Shown piece by piece: positions 39,320 through 52,548 of a DNA stretch of 64,000 nt. Source of the stretch: Octopus sinensis (Eukaryota); the NCBI RefSeq assembly GCF_006345805.1, contig NC_043001.1:74152001-74216000 (forward strand), written 5' to 3'. How positions within the stretch are numbered: the first letter of the stretch is position 1; the number at the start of each line of letters is the position of its first letter. Both the position numbers and the translations under genes were made by a program. The notes beneath the pieces were generated by a model. The model had not been told where the DNA came from, made no database searches, and saw only the letters and a list, made by a program, of their open reading frames with translations.

Positions 39320-42300
39320 TCATTATAATCATCATCATCGTTTAACGTCCGTTTTCCACGCTAGCACGGGTTGGACGGTTCGACCGGGGTCTGGGAAGCC
39401 AGGGGCTGCACCAGGCTCCAGTCTGATCTGGCAGTGTTTCTACAGCTGGATGCCCTTCCTAACGCCAACCACTCCGCGAGTGTAGTGGGTGCTTTTTACG
39501 TGCCACCTGCACAGGTGCCAGAGGGGGTCTGGCATTGGCCACGATCGGTTGGTGCTTTTAACGTGCCACTCGCACGGAAGCCAGCCAAGGCGGAGCTGGC
39601 ATCAGCCACGTTCGGATGGTGCTTTTTATGTGCCACCGGCACAGATGCCAGCTGAGGCAGCGCTGGCATCGGCCACGTTCGGATGGTGCTTTTTATGTGC
39701 CACCGGCACAGAAGCCAGTCGAGGCGGCGTTGGCAACGGCCACGTTTGGATGATGCTTTTTATGTGCCACCGGCACAGGTATCACAACTACTATTTCCAT
39801 TGATATTTGTTTCGATGTTCATGTACATGCACTTGACTCAACAGGGCTCCTCAAGCACAGCGAGATGTTCTGGGATCCAAGGTACTTTGAATGGGCAGGA
39901 GCTATGCGGAACTGGTGCCGGAAGCATCCTGGGTCTTTGCAGTCACAGCACATCTCCAGAGATCTCAGGCCTTCGCCATTGCCTCAGTGAGGCCCAACGC
40001 TCTGAGGTCATTCTTGACTACCTCATCCCATGTCTTCCTGGGTCTACCTCTCCCCCTGATTCCTTCAACTGTTTGGGAGTGGCACTTCTTCACACATCTC
40101 TCCTCATCCATCCGCAGTACATGACCATACCATCGCAAGCATCGCTCTTGCACACCGCATCTGATGCTTCTTATGTCTAGCATTTCTCTCAGGGTGCTTA
40201 TACTCTGTCGTGCATTCACACTGACATTACACATCCAGCGGATCATGCTAGCTTCATTTCTTTCAAGTCTACGCATGTCCTCTGCAGTCACGGCTCATGT
40301 TTCACTACCATGAAGCATGGCAGTTCGCACACATGCATCATACAATCTACCTTTTACTCTGAGTGAGAGACCCTTTGTCGCCAGTAGGGGTAGGAGCTTT
40401 CTAAACTTTGCCCAGGCTATTCGTATTCTAGTGGTGACACTCTCTGAGCATCCACCTCCACTACTAACTTGGTCACCCAGGTAGCGGAAACTATCAACTA
40501 CTTCTAGTTTCTCCCCCTGGAGTGTGATGGAATCTGTTTTCTGAATATTTGTGATGTCTATTGTCCCTGTGCATCTGCCGCACATGAAAGCTATCTTATC
40601 AGTTAATTTCCCTTTGATGTTGCTGCACCTCTTATGCGTCCATAGCTTACACTGGGTGCATCTTATGGAGTTTCTACCTACACCTTTCCTACAGATCGAG
40701 CAGGGCCACCTGCCCGATGGGGTGTGTGCTGAGTTCGCCTTTCTGCTTACTATAGCTTTGGTCTTTGCTACATTTATTCTAACCCTTGTTTCCACAACCG
40801 AAATTTTTTTTCTAGTTCCGGTAGTGATTCTGCTATGAGAGCCAGGTCATCAGCATAGAGGAGCTCCCAGGGGCAACCTGTTTTGAATTCCTCTGTTATT
40901 GCCTGGAGGACTATGATGAATAAAAGGAGACTGAGGGTTGAGCCTTGGTGTACACCTACTTCTACCCGGAATTCTTCACTATATTCGTTGCCAATCCTAA
41001 CCTTGCTGACAGCCTCTCTGTATAGGGCTTGTACAGCCCTTATTAGCCATTCGTCAATCTCCAGTTTCTGCATCGACCACCAGATAAGGGATCAGGGGAC
41101 CCTGTCAAAGGCTTTCTCCAAGTCCACAAAAGCTATGTAGAGGGGGTTGTCTTTAGCTAGGTACTTCTCCTGCAGTTGTCGGACCAGGAATATAGCATCA
41201 GTGGTGCTTCTACCCGGCACAAAACCGAACTGCATCTCATCTAAGCAAATTCTCTCCCTAATGAGATGGGTTATGACCCTCTCTGTGACCTTCATCACCT
41301 GATCCAACAGTTTAATACCCCTGTAGTTATTTCTATCTAGAGCATCACCCTTACCCTTGTAGCAGTTGACTATGGTGCTGCTACGCCAGTCATTGGGTAT
41401 GACTCCATTATGAACTACCTGGTTTACCATACGGGTGACTAGGCCATAGCCCACATAACCAGCTATTTTAAGCATCTCAGCAGTGAAACCTGATGGGCCG
41501 GGGGCTTTACCTGGTTTCATACCCTTAATTGCCTTAACTACAAGGGAGCTATCTATTTGGATAGCTGGTCCCTCTACCGGGTCAACATTTGGCAGGCTCT
41601 CCTCCTCCCATTCATTCTCCACATTCAGCAGTCTTTCATAATGGCTTCTCCAAGTCTCTTTCTTTTCACCAACATTAAAAAGCAAGTGCCCCATCATCCA
41701 TGCGGACACATTTCTCTCCTGTAACATCACTATTTTCTCTCACACACTGTCTAGCAATCCGAAATACCTCAGTTCTTTGGTCCTCACGTCGCTGGACATT
41801 GGCAAACTTCTTCTTTTCTGCTACATCTTTGGCTATGTATACCTGCCGCCCGGCCTCCCTTTTGGCTACTTGGTATGGTTCCCTGCTACCCCCATCCCTC
41901 CAGGCTCTCCAGGCCTGTTTCTTTGCACTAATGGCTTTGTCTACTGCACTATTCCACCACCACATAACTCTAGGTCTGGAAGGGACTTTGCACCATCCAC
42001 AGACTTGGTCTGTGGCACTCAGCAAGCTGTCCTGTAGGAATTTCCAGCTACCTTCTATGTCCGACATCTGTAGCTCCTCCTCCCTCTCATCAAATTTCTT
42101 GATGAGGATGTCCCTAAATCTCTGACCATGTGAAGGGTTCTTTAGCTTCCAAATCCTTCTTTTCTGGATTGGTCTGTTTCTTGGAGTCCTTCTGGCCTCA
42201 AGCCTAAAGTCACTAATGATTAGCCTATGCTGAGGGATACACTCTTCACCCGGGAGGGTCTTTGTATTTAAGAGCGACCCTGCATCCCGCTGTCTGGTGA

Positions 42301-42388
42301 GGATGAAGTCTATTTGGCTAGCGGAGTCTCCTGACTGATAAGTTATAAGGTGGCAGTCAGGCTTCCTGAAGTTAGTGTTGCAGATTAA
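39320..42388 (-). mobile_element. 5'-truncated RTE-clade LINE (end of APE endonuclease, RT with PHD-like insert, repeat-containing 3' UTR, (TGA)n tail); frameshifted
   Basis: Minus-strand frames give SQIDFILTR..PQHRL (endonuclease end), KAPGPSG, QFGFVPGRSTTDAIF, FVDLEKAFDRVP, GVHQGS.LS, LLYADDL, FRYLG, RLRWYGHV-like and GRGRPRKTW. The tail reads ...ggacgttaaacgatgatgatga at about 39320. Confidence 0.95.
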
Positions 42389-42471
42389 AAGGTTACATGC
42401 ATTATATATTTACATACATACACATATATGCATATATATATACATACATACATATATATATATATGCATAC

Positions 42472-42517
<46 letters not shown>

Positions 42518-42533
42518 TATATATATATATATA

Positions 42534-42577
<44 letters not shown>

Positions 42578-42586
42578 ATATACATA

Positions 42587-42968
42587 TCTATTATATAAAA
42601 TCCGTTCTGTCTGTGTGTGTGCCTTCTAGGATCTCGGGCATCCTCCATCTGATTGCGCTCAAATTTGATATGTAGATACCGATGGTATCAGGGCGTGTAT
42701 AAGTTTCGAAAAAATTACAAAAATTGATTCCAGATGAGAATGCGATCGATAAAGCCGTGGGAACGTGCATTTGTACATGCAAGTACATCAGCTGTTGCAA
42801 TCGATACTACGTGTACGTGAGAAAAATGTACGTGCAGCTTGTGCCAAAAAAGCCGGCTGGCTTGAAATAATACCACAAAATGGGACGGTCGGACAAGTTG
42901 TTTTGAGAAAATTTGGTTTAAATGTTTGACAACTCAGCACCGTCCATTGGACATGGGGTGGTTTGTTC

Positions 42969-42969
<1 letters not shown>
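42587..42969 (+). mobile_element. Probable non-autonomous Helitron
   Basis: A|TCTATTATATAAAA start; small gtcc-att-ggac hairpin; 3' end degenerate. Confidence 0.5.
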
Positions 42970-43031
<62 letters not shown>

Positions 43032-43878
43032 TATCTATACATACACACACAGATATATGTATAGCTGAAGGATTAAAATTAATCAAAGATTATACTAAGT
43101 ATGTCTAACTGCTGGAAATAACAGTCAAAACTCTTATTTAAATCACCAAGATGCACTGATAATAACTACAGAAATCAACTGTCTGAAGGCAAACAGGCTA
43201 AGGCAATCTCTCAGCATACATTCAAGTATTTGGACTCACATGGACTTGTTTCTGGACTGGCATTGCAGCCTTACCTCCCTCAGTACGTTTTACCATGATG
43301 GAGAGCTCCAACATGTCACATTGAAGTTGGTGAGAACCGACTCACCAATCACTTGGTGAACGGAGGCAACTAGAGATAGTCACCAGCAGATAGCCACTTG
43401 AGACTAATGGCCAGAGGGAGAAAGAAAACAATTAGCCATTGATACTTACAACTTGCCTCTCCACCCTCTCACTTTCACAGGCTCACTTTGTCTTCTCTGC
43501 AACATCATCACTCTGCCACTATCTTCCTACTATGAGAACATGTACACAAACATACAAGAAGAAATTAACTCTCTTAACCTTGCATGCTTTTCCACCTCTA
43601 TGGTACACATTTTGCCCATCGAGGCATGGCATTATATTAAGTAACGGTGAATAAATAAATTTGGAGTCAACATTAACTTTGATCATCTTGCACACCTGTA
43701 ACATGAGCATCATTGATATAGCAACTCAAAATAAATCCCTGCCTCTACTGTTACAAAGGTAACAACTGACAATAACATTTACCTTTATAGCAATTAGTAA
43801 CTGCTGGCTCCAACACATATCCTAAAATATATTGTTACAAATGGTAACCTCTGACTATAACCACATACTGTCACATAT

Positions 43879-44260
43879 GGAAGCACTCCGTCGGTTACGA
43901 CGACGAGGGTTCCGGTTGATCCGAATCAACGGAACAGCCTGCTCGTGAAATTAACGTGTAAGTGGCTGAGCACTCCACACACACGTGTACCCTTAACGTA
44001 GTTCTCGGGGATATTCAGCGTGACACAGAGAGTGACAAGGCCGGCCCTTTGAAATACAGGTACAACAGAAACAGGAAGTAAGAGTGAGAGAAAGTTGTGG
44101 TGAAAGAGTACAGCAGGTATCACCACCATCCCCTGCCGGAGCCTCGTGGAACTTTAGGTGTTTTTGCTCAATAAACACTCACAACGCCTGGTCTGGGAAT
44201 CGAAACCGCGATCCTATGACCGCGAGTCCGCTGCCCTAACCACTGGGCCATTGCGCCTCC
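43879..44260 (-). mobile_element. Young tRNA-derived SINE with 12-bp TSD
   Basis: Head ggaggcgcaatggcccagtggttagggcagcggac..ggtttcgattccc (A/B boxes); TSD actgtcacatat at 43867-78 and 44261-72. Confidence 0.9.
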
Positions 44261-44634
44261 ACTGTCACATATATATATATATGCACACACACACACACAC
44301 ACACGCATTGTGCTATGGAAGACAGTAGGGATTATAATATTTGTATGACTTAATGGATTGGTCGCTGTTTAGTTACATATTTAGGAGTTGGTTGGAATTT
44401 ACTTATTGAATTTATTTACTGATATGGTTGTAAATAGAGTAAATGTGTTTGAAAGTTGTGGTTTCTTTTGTTTGTTTCCCAAACAACACTTATTTTAGTT
44501 GACACCACTGAATTGAATGGTATTGCCCAGGTGTTGAAACCATAATGATATCTGTGCAGCTGAGGATAGATGTTTGTAGGATTGTTGGTATGGATATTTT
44601 TGTATATGTGGAATAGTATTATAACACATCCTTT

Positions 44635-44689
<55 letters not shown>

Positions 44690-44832
44690 TATATATGATG
44701 GGCTTCTTTCAGTTTCCATTGAAAAAATCCTCTCACAAAGCTTTGGTTGGTCCAAGGCTATAGTAGAAGACATTTGCCGAAGGTGCTATGCAGTAGGACT
44801 GAGCCTGGAACCGTGTGGTTGGGAAGCAACCT

Positions 44833-45046
44833 ATTTCTTTACTACCCACAAGGGGCTAAACACAGAGGGGACAAACAAGGATTAAGTCGATTACATCGAC
44901 CCCAGTGCATAACTGGTACTTAATTTATCGACCCCGAAAGAGTGAAAGGCAAAGTGGAATTTGAACTCAGAACGTAGCGGCAGACGAAATACTGCTAAGC
45001 ATTTCACCTGGCGTGCTAACAATTCTGGCAACTCACTACCTTATAA
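44833..45046 (-). mobile_element. SINE nested inside a CORE-like SINE, 16-bp TSD
   Basis: ggttgggaagcaacct at 44817-32 and 45047-62. Confidence 0.88.
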
Positions 45047-47368
45047 GGTTGGGAAGCAACCTTCTTATCACACAGCCACAGTATACATATACAAGACTTG
45101 AAAGTGAAGTAGTTTTTGAATCAGTTTTTTGAGGCATGAAACCCAAGCTGATTGAAGAATAAGCAATGTATTCCAAATGCTGATATTATATTTGTATTGT
45201 AAAATTATGAACAAGCACAATCATTAGCATGATGGGTAAAATGCTTAGTGGTAAAGTACACCTGTGCTAGTGACACGTAAAAGACACTCAGTACATCCAG
45301 TGGAGAGGTTGGCATGAGGAAGGGCATCCAGCCATAGAAATCAAGCTAAAACAGACTGGAACTTAGTGCAGCTCTCCAGCTTACCAGCTCCAGTGAAATT
45401 CTAACCCATGCCAGCATTGGAAATGGATGTTAAATGATGATGAGGATGAAGAAGAATTTAATAAAATAACTTTGTCATTATTAAGCTTATATTTGGAATT
45501 GAAATTTACAGGAAATTTTGAGGGAGGGTCTTTAATTTAAATCACTGGAAGTTTGTATGAGAGAAACAGAGTTAGTTTTAAGTGGGTTAATATCAAATGG
45601 CTTACTAAAATATATTTATATATATTTCATCATCATCATCATCAGTATCATTTAACGTCCATTTTCCATACAATTTGGACAATTTAACAGGAGCTGGCCA
45701 GCTGGGGAGCTGTCCAGACACCAATTGTCTGTTGTGGCATGGTTTCTGTGGCTGGATGCCCTTCCTGATGCCAGCCATTTTATAGGGTGGTCTGGGTGCT
45801 TCTTATGTACCACCAACATGGGTGCATTTACAGAGTACTGGCACAGGTGCATTTTATTTGGCTTCAGCACCTGTAAAGGACAAACCTGTATGTATGGGTG
45901 GCAGTGATTTTACTTAGCTTGACACATCTTCTCAAGTACAACAAATCACCACAATTCCTGGTCCCTTGTCATTTCCTTGAAAGTAAATAACTGATTTGAG
46001 ATGAAGTATTTTTGGAATTAAGTGAAGAAACCTAAAGTTTGGGTTAGGTAATTTTCTATATTTGTGAGATCATCATGAGAAACATAGATTGTGAGGTAAA
46101 GATTTTGCAGGGAATTTGATAGAATTTGTTGTTTATCTCCAGGTTGGCTCTGTTCCAGAAGAGTGCTGATTAAAGACACCATAACCACAACCATCCTGTA
46201 TCTAGGACCACTTTATCTAATTTGCCCATACAATTTTCAAGATGTGAATATATTATTTAAGGGTGATTTGGCTGTTGTTTCTAGCAGGTGGATCAACCAT
46301 ATAAAGAAAGTGAGGGTAGAGAAGGACTTACTGTCCTCAAGCGAATTTAGTGAAAGGTGGGTGAAAGTTGCAAAATTGTTAAGAGTTTTTTTGGTACTCT
46401 TTGGTTATCTCACTCCCATTAAAAAATTGGGTCATCTTGACCACTAAAATATTGAGTTTATGTGTTGACAAGATTTGATTAAAAGGGTTAGACCATTTTG
46501 ATTCAATACATCACATTGTTGACTTTTGGCCTCCTCAATAAGCATGGTATAATTTGTTATAAAAGTGTTATTAGATTGAATAAGATGTTTAATTTTTTTC
46601 AGTTTTCATGTTTATCAATTTTTTCATTTTTTTTTTGATTTATTGCAAGTTAAACAATTTTTTTAGTTGGGGGAGATAACCCAATTTTTTAATGGGGGTG
46701 AGATAACCAAAACGTACTGTTTTTTTTAATACTGAACTGTATCAGAGCAGACAGAGCCATGGTGGCTAGAAACTGCGATAGAGGGATGTGTTGAAGTGAC
46801 ACTTGAATAACTCTTGCATCTCCCCAGACATCTAGGAGGAGGAGGCACAGCAGTGTGATGAATAGAACCACAATTGCTGAATCTTATCATTCCAGTTACT
46901 GAGGAGAAACAAGAGAGAATACAAAAGAGCCCATGAGAGGCGTCATTTCTCCGTTACATTAACTAATTTCACCTATAGCTGATATTACTGTTGCAGATCA
47001 AGTGCAGGTTTTGTTAGTTATTTAACCAACAAATTGATCGATTGCTTAATCATATTTGCAGAAGACCTAGAGGTGATAGGGCATGTCATTGATGAGGTTG
47101 CGAATACCAATGAGAGGACTTTGACAGATTGATTGATTGCTTAACCGACTGATTAAGCAAGTGATTAGTTGGTTGGTTAAATAACTAACCAATTGTCTTA
47201 ATAATCTACTATAATAATACTCTTGTGGGTTTTCTCTGTCACAACATATGAACGAAAAAGGAAGGGGTGATAGATGAATAAGGAAGGAATGGGCGATGGC
47301 AAAACTGATAGTGGTGGCGTTTCATCTCTCTGTGAGTATGTGTGTGTATGTAAAAGGGAGGTATGTGA

Positions 47369-47425
<57 letters not shown>

Positions 47426-48448
47426 CGCGCGCGTGTGTGTGCAATGGAACTGGGATGGTGAATGTTCAGCGCTGAAAATAAATAAAACAGCGTGTCAGTT
47501 CTGTGTGAATATATGTGTGTATGTGTGTGCGTGTACAAGGGAAGTATGTGAACCAGTGTTCTTTCAGTAACAAACGATGATCGATGACACATCTCAAATG
47601 ACAACCAATAGATAACATTGACAAGTGTATTAATTTGATCTACCATCCATATTTATATATAGAATACTACGATTAGCCGTCATTCTTGAGCGCGCGTTCA
47701 TTGGCAAAAAACCTCTCCCAGTATACAGCGAAATTCGTTTCGATATACGAGTTTACATAAAAGAAATCTTACAAACTACATACAAAAAGAACAAAAACAG
47801 TCAACAAGTCATCTCCCTTTAACAAGTTAATAAATTCAGGGGAGAAAACTAGTATTATAAGGGACATAACTTATAACCAACTATTATTAATTACAAAGTT
47901 TAAGAGGGAGACGAAGGTGGCGAATGTGGGAGTGTAAAGTCCCTATTTTCCCTATGATAAATAGTATTAATGTTTTAACATTTGTTGCGAAAAAACACTG
48001 AGTGAAACAACATCGACGTCAGTGATTTTACTTGCACGACATTAGTCACAATTTTCATTATATAACGAACAAGATTTGATGTCGCATAAAGAGCAAATGT
48101 ACAAGAGTACATTAACAGTTTACACCAACTAATATTATCGATCGAAGTTCTAGTAACTTCTGAAAACTTAGTGATTTTACTTAAATATGTTGACATTAGT
48201 GATATCTAGTCGGGTATCCGCAGAGTGCCTGACTAAATATCTACGGTATTTAGTTACAGCTTTTACGTTTTGGGTTTAAATATTACCGGGACCAAATTTG
48301 CTTTTACCTCTTTGCGGGGGTTCGACAAAACAAAGAAGTAGTAAAGTATTGGGTTTCAACGTAGTATTTCATATAGTATCGTAAATGAGAATGACATTAC
48401 AATGAAAAACTGTTTTATTTTGGATACAGTATACCATTTACATTGAAT

Positions 48449-48791
48449 CCCTTTGATAGCGTACTTAAATTTCATCATCATTTCAGTAAAGATGTTACCC
48501 CACCCCATACCCACAAAGAGTTGATATTTTCTGCTTTTGCAATACTTTTTTTAGTATCTGCTGTAAGTACGGTTTTCATCTCTACCACTAATTTTATTTG
48601 ATTCTTGTTCTGTAAAGAGATATTTGATAAAATATGTGAAAGAAATTGACAAAATCTGAAAAATAGTCTTCTGTAAAAAGTGTCTTTGGTGTTACTTCGG
48701 TTCCTGCAGTATAACAGTGGGGTAAAACTGCTTTCTGCAGTTAACGGAATAAAATTTTGAGTAGCTTTATTCGCTTTCCACGTTGAAAGGG
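48449..48791. mobile_element. piggyBac-like MITE (an older partial copy lies at about 28350-28600)
   Basis: Right end aaaggg|TTAA, left end ccctttg; internal sequence shared with 28350-28600. Confidence 0.5.
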
Positions 48792-49310
48792 TTAAATTAT
48801 ATTGCAGTGGTCTTATACATTATACATTCTATATATATAATCTTTGAGGAAATATTACACATTTTTATATACAGTGGTATCTATTGTGGTATCTATTGTG
48901 ATGCCAAGCTGTATTGAGCTATGTCGGAGTCCTTTCTCTTGGATAAACATCGGAAGTGTGGATAGGGGAGACTTGTGAGCATGGGAACTTCTAGTGGACC
49001 TCAAAATGTCTTGCTTAGGCCTGTAGATATACATGTGGATAGATGCAATAATACTCAGTCTATATACAGCATGAGAGGAAATTATTAATTATGTTTCACT
49101 TCTTCTTGGATTGATGTATTAACGGTTGTGTCTATTGTCTGTAGTAGATATTGTAGTGCGTGTGATGACTTAGAATAAGGGCTTCCGTCTGTCAGTGTTG
49201 ACCACACATTTATACATGTACGTGTTGGCCTGGGCAAGATCTTTTGACGAAAATTTGCAGTTATCTATTCATACAAGTCTTCATTCTTTACCTCACCGAT
49301 ATTTATCCAA

Positions 49311-49528
49311 GGCGTGCTGGCAGAAACGTTAGCACGCCGGGCGAAATGCTTAGCGGTATTTCGTCTGCGTTACGTTGTGAGTTCAAATTCCGCCGAGGTC
49401 GACTTTGCCTTTCATCCTTTCGGGGTCGATAAATTAAGTACCAGTTCCGCACTGGGGTCGACTTAATACCTATGTCTGTCCTTGTTTGTCCTCTCTGTGT
49501 TTAGCCCCTTGTGGGTAATAAAGAAATA
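49311..49528 (+). mobile_element. SINE (gccgaggtcgactttgcctttcatcctttcggggtcgataaa family) with 15-bp TSD; other copies at 13898-14110, 49905-50114, 53227-53440, 61263-61475, 62747-63135
   Basis: TSD gatatttatccaagg at 49298-49312 and 49529-49543. The central domain resembles the Meta-type SINE domain (recalled, unverified). Confidence 0.88.
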
Positions 49529-51374
49529 GATATTTATCCAAGGGAAAAGTCGCAGGCGTTGCTATCAATTCACAGAACTGGAACAAAGACCATATGGCAT
49601 CTTGTCTGACTTTCGAGCACTGGAGTCAGCAAAGTGGTCAGTACTTACCATTGCTGTGTATGTGTGTGTTTCGAGTGGTGGTGGAGTGGGGGTAGGTGGT
49701 GTGACTATCAAAGCAATCGATAAACACCCGAAACGACTTGAGTACAAAGGGTGCTAAATTATTAGTGAACTGAATCTGGAAGAGTGTTGTAATTTAAGGC
49801 CCAGACTCGCTAATTTCCAGTCAAATATCGATGAATAAACTAATATTTACCAAACACATATTTTACTTTAAATATCCCGACTATAACAATGTGATAGAAT
49901 TGAAGGCGGCTAGCTGGCAGAAACGTTAACACGCCGGGCGAAATGATTATCGGTGTTTCAGCTGTCTTTACGTTCTGAGTTCAAATTCCGCCGAGGTCGA
50001 CTTTGCCTTTCATCTTTTTGGGGTCGATAAATTAAGTACCAGTTGCGTACTGGGGTCGATCTAATCGATTAGTCCCCTCCCCCAAAAATCAGGCCTTGTG
50101 CCTAGAGTAGAAAAGACTATGATAAAGAGCAATAAAAAATTTTATTGCTCTTTATCAAGTTCATTAAGTAATTGCTTTAAATAGTTTATTAATTAAAATG
50201 CGGTAATGACACACAAGAACAGAGGAATAATTATTTTCAAATCAAGAAAGTTTTCATCAATCTAGTCTTTAATCTTATTTTAGAAATTTACGTGATCAGA
50301 TTCAGTAAGTTATCGTCGATTCCAAGAGTCAACGATATAAGAAATTTGATGATTCATGCTTTGACAGTTCCATCTATACGAGTTGGTATTTTTTTTATTG
50401 AAAAGATGAAAGGTAATGTCGACTTCAGCTGGATTTGAACACAGAGCGCAGGGAATCAGAACAAATACCACAAGACACTGAATTCCACATTTTAACGACT
50501 CTCTTAATTCACCGCTCTAGGATTAAACGACATTTGCAGTAACATTTTAAAGCATTCTTTATATAAAGGCTGGGTTTGGAGGATTGCGGGTAGAGGTGGC
50601 GGTGAGATGTTTCGTTAATATCAAACATGTAATATTTGGTGAGGAATTCAACACAGATAATGACATAGATCTTACAATTTGTCAATGTGTTGCTGCGAAA
50701 CGACAACAGCAATAACACCAGACCGCCACCTCTATAGTCTAAAGAAGCTAGTTCTGAATTGTGTCAACAAAACTCATACGATATTTAAATAATAGATAGG
50801 TGAATTACAAGGTTTCAGACAGGACCTCTCAATGCACAGCAAATGTTTGCTTGGTTGTATATCAAAGAAAAGTATGGGAAAGTACAAGGTTAATGTGACC
50901 CAGGTAACTTTGTTATTCGCAACTGTGCAGCTTTCGTGTTGGTACAGAAAGCATATATTATTTTGTCATTTAAATTTTATTATTTTTAGATACGCTATAT
51001 TTATTTAGACTAATTGTTTCTTCACACCATCGTTTTAGTCGTACATAATAATGATATAGTGTCTTTCAGATATATGTATATGCATGTGTGTGAGTGAGTG
51101 TGTGTGTGTGTGTGTGTGCATAGGCTTCACACTGCGTTTTACATTAATCCCTCTAACGAGCACCGTTTTAGGGTCTTCCCTAACACGTGTGCCAAACCGC
51201 ATTGTAAAAATCAGTTGATTTGTAATACTGCATTGTATAGGTATATACATACATACATACATACATACATACATACATACATACATACATGCATACATAC
51301 ATACATACATACATACATGCATGCACACACACACACGCGTCTGTCTATCTCTCTCTCTCTCTATCTATCTACAT

Positions 51375-51417
<43 letters not shown>

Positions 51418-51539
51418 TATATATTTAAAAGAAGAAGAAAATGGAGATTGGGAAGTTAATAATTGTTTATTATTATCAATAAATTGGTCATCTTCACTTA
51501 CAGCCGTTTCTATTAACACTCATTAATCATTAAATTTAC

Positions 51540-52352
51540 ATTTATGCAACACGAGCATAATATCACCGGAGGAAAAAAAGATGTACCTTTGGATGGAATC
51601 CGGTTTGGAAGTTGTTTTCCGTAAGCGATTCGAGGACCTTCTGCGATTCGCTCTTTATCTCGACAAAGACGTTAAAACCGCTACCTTTGTGCTGCATTTA
51701 CATCTTGAGGAAGAGATGAAAGTCTGCAGGTGTTAAATCTGGCGAATAGGGTGGGTGCCAAAGCGATACCATTTTGTTTTTGGCGAGAAACTCACGAGTG
51801 AGGAGAGCTCGGTGATAAGGTGCATTGTCGTCGTGAAAAATCCCATTCTTCACGCTTCACAGATCCAGTCGCTTTCGCCGAATGTCCCCTATCAAACACT
51901 TCAAAACGTTGTTGATTGTCCTTCGACGACCCTCATGTATAAGTTGATGAATTTTCTTTACATTTTCGGGAGTGACGTTCGTGGCAGGTCTTCGAGATCG
52001 CGCATCGTCTTCCAAGGAATGTTCTTCTGCATTTCAAGCGCCCTTGCCACTCGAAATATTGCACACGGCCCGTTGCCTCCCCGCTGTAAGCTTCCCGAAG
52101 CATGTTCACTGTCTCTGTAGCAGACTTCCCAAATTTAACGCAAAATTTCATGCAGGCTCTTTGTTCCAACTTACCGTCCGTGTCAAAAATAACAGATTAG
52201 AGCATACAAGTGATCACAAAAACACAAGTTTCACAACTTGCAAAATATCACTCGGCACATTGCTTCATGAGGGTCACTGTGAACGCACGCGTGTACTACC
52301 TTCTGTTGGTGCGTTACAAACTGCCCCGTGAACTTTTTGATGCAACCTTGTA
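51540..52352 (-). mobile_element. mariner (DD34D-type) transposase relic with internal deletion
   Basis: MEQRACMKFCVKFGKSATET..MLREAY and HDDNAPYHRALLTREFLAKNKMVSL.HPPYSPDL.PADF; TIR-like tacaaggttgcatcaaaaagtt. Confidence 0.88.
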
Positions 52353-52359
52353 TGTAATA

Positions 52360-52482
52360 CTAGGAGTATAGCCCGGCCTTGAACGGGATTAAGTTACGAT
52401 TATTAAGCTAATCAAGTTCTTTATTTCAAACCAAACTAAGTAATATAGACGTCAAATTTGAGCTAAATCTGTTGAAATTAGT

Positions 52483-52548
<66 letters not shown>

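Noticed and set aside
43270-43530. Minus-strand exon-like segments with GTAAG/GTGAG donors (also near 33558 and 34370)
   Set aside because: They could not be joined into a consistent frame or a recognisable protein, and one implied intron is under 40 nt.
44190-44260. tRNA gene
   Set aside because: It is the tRNA-derived head of a SINE with body, tail and TSD.
46689-46871. Signal-peptide-like ORF MVLFITLLCLLLLDVWG
   Set aside because: It starts at GTG with in-frame stops just upstream and no ATG or acceptor in that frame.
47088-47152. C/D-box snoRNA (TGATGA..CTGA)
   Set aside because: No convincing terminal stem or recognisable rRNA guide sequence.
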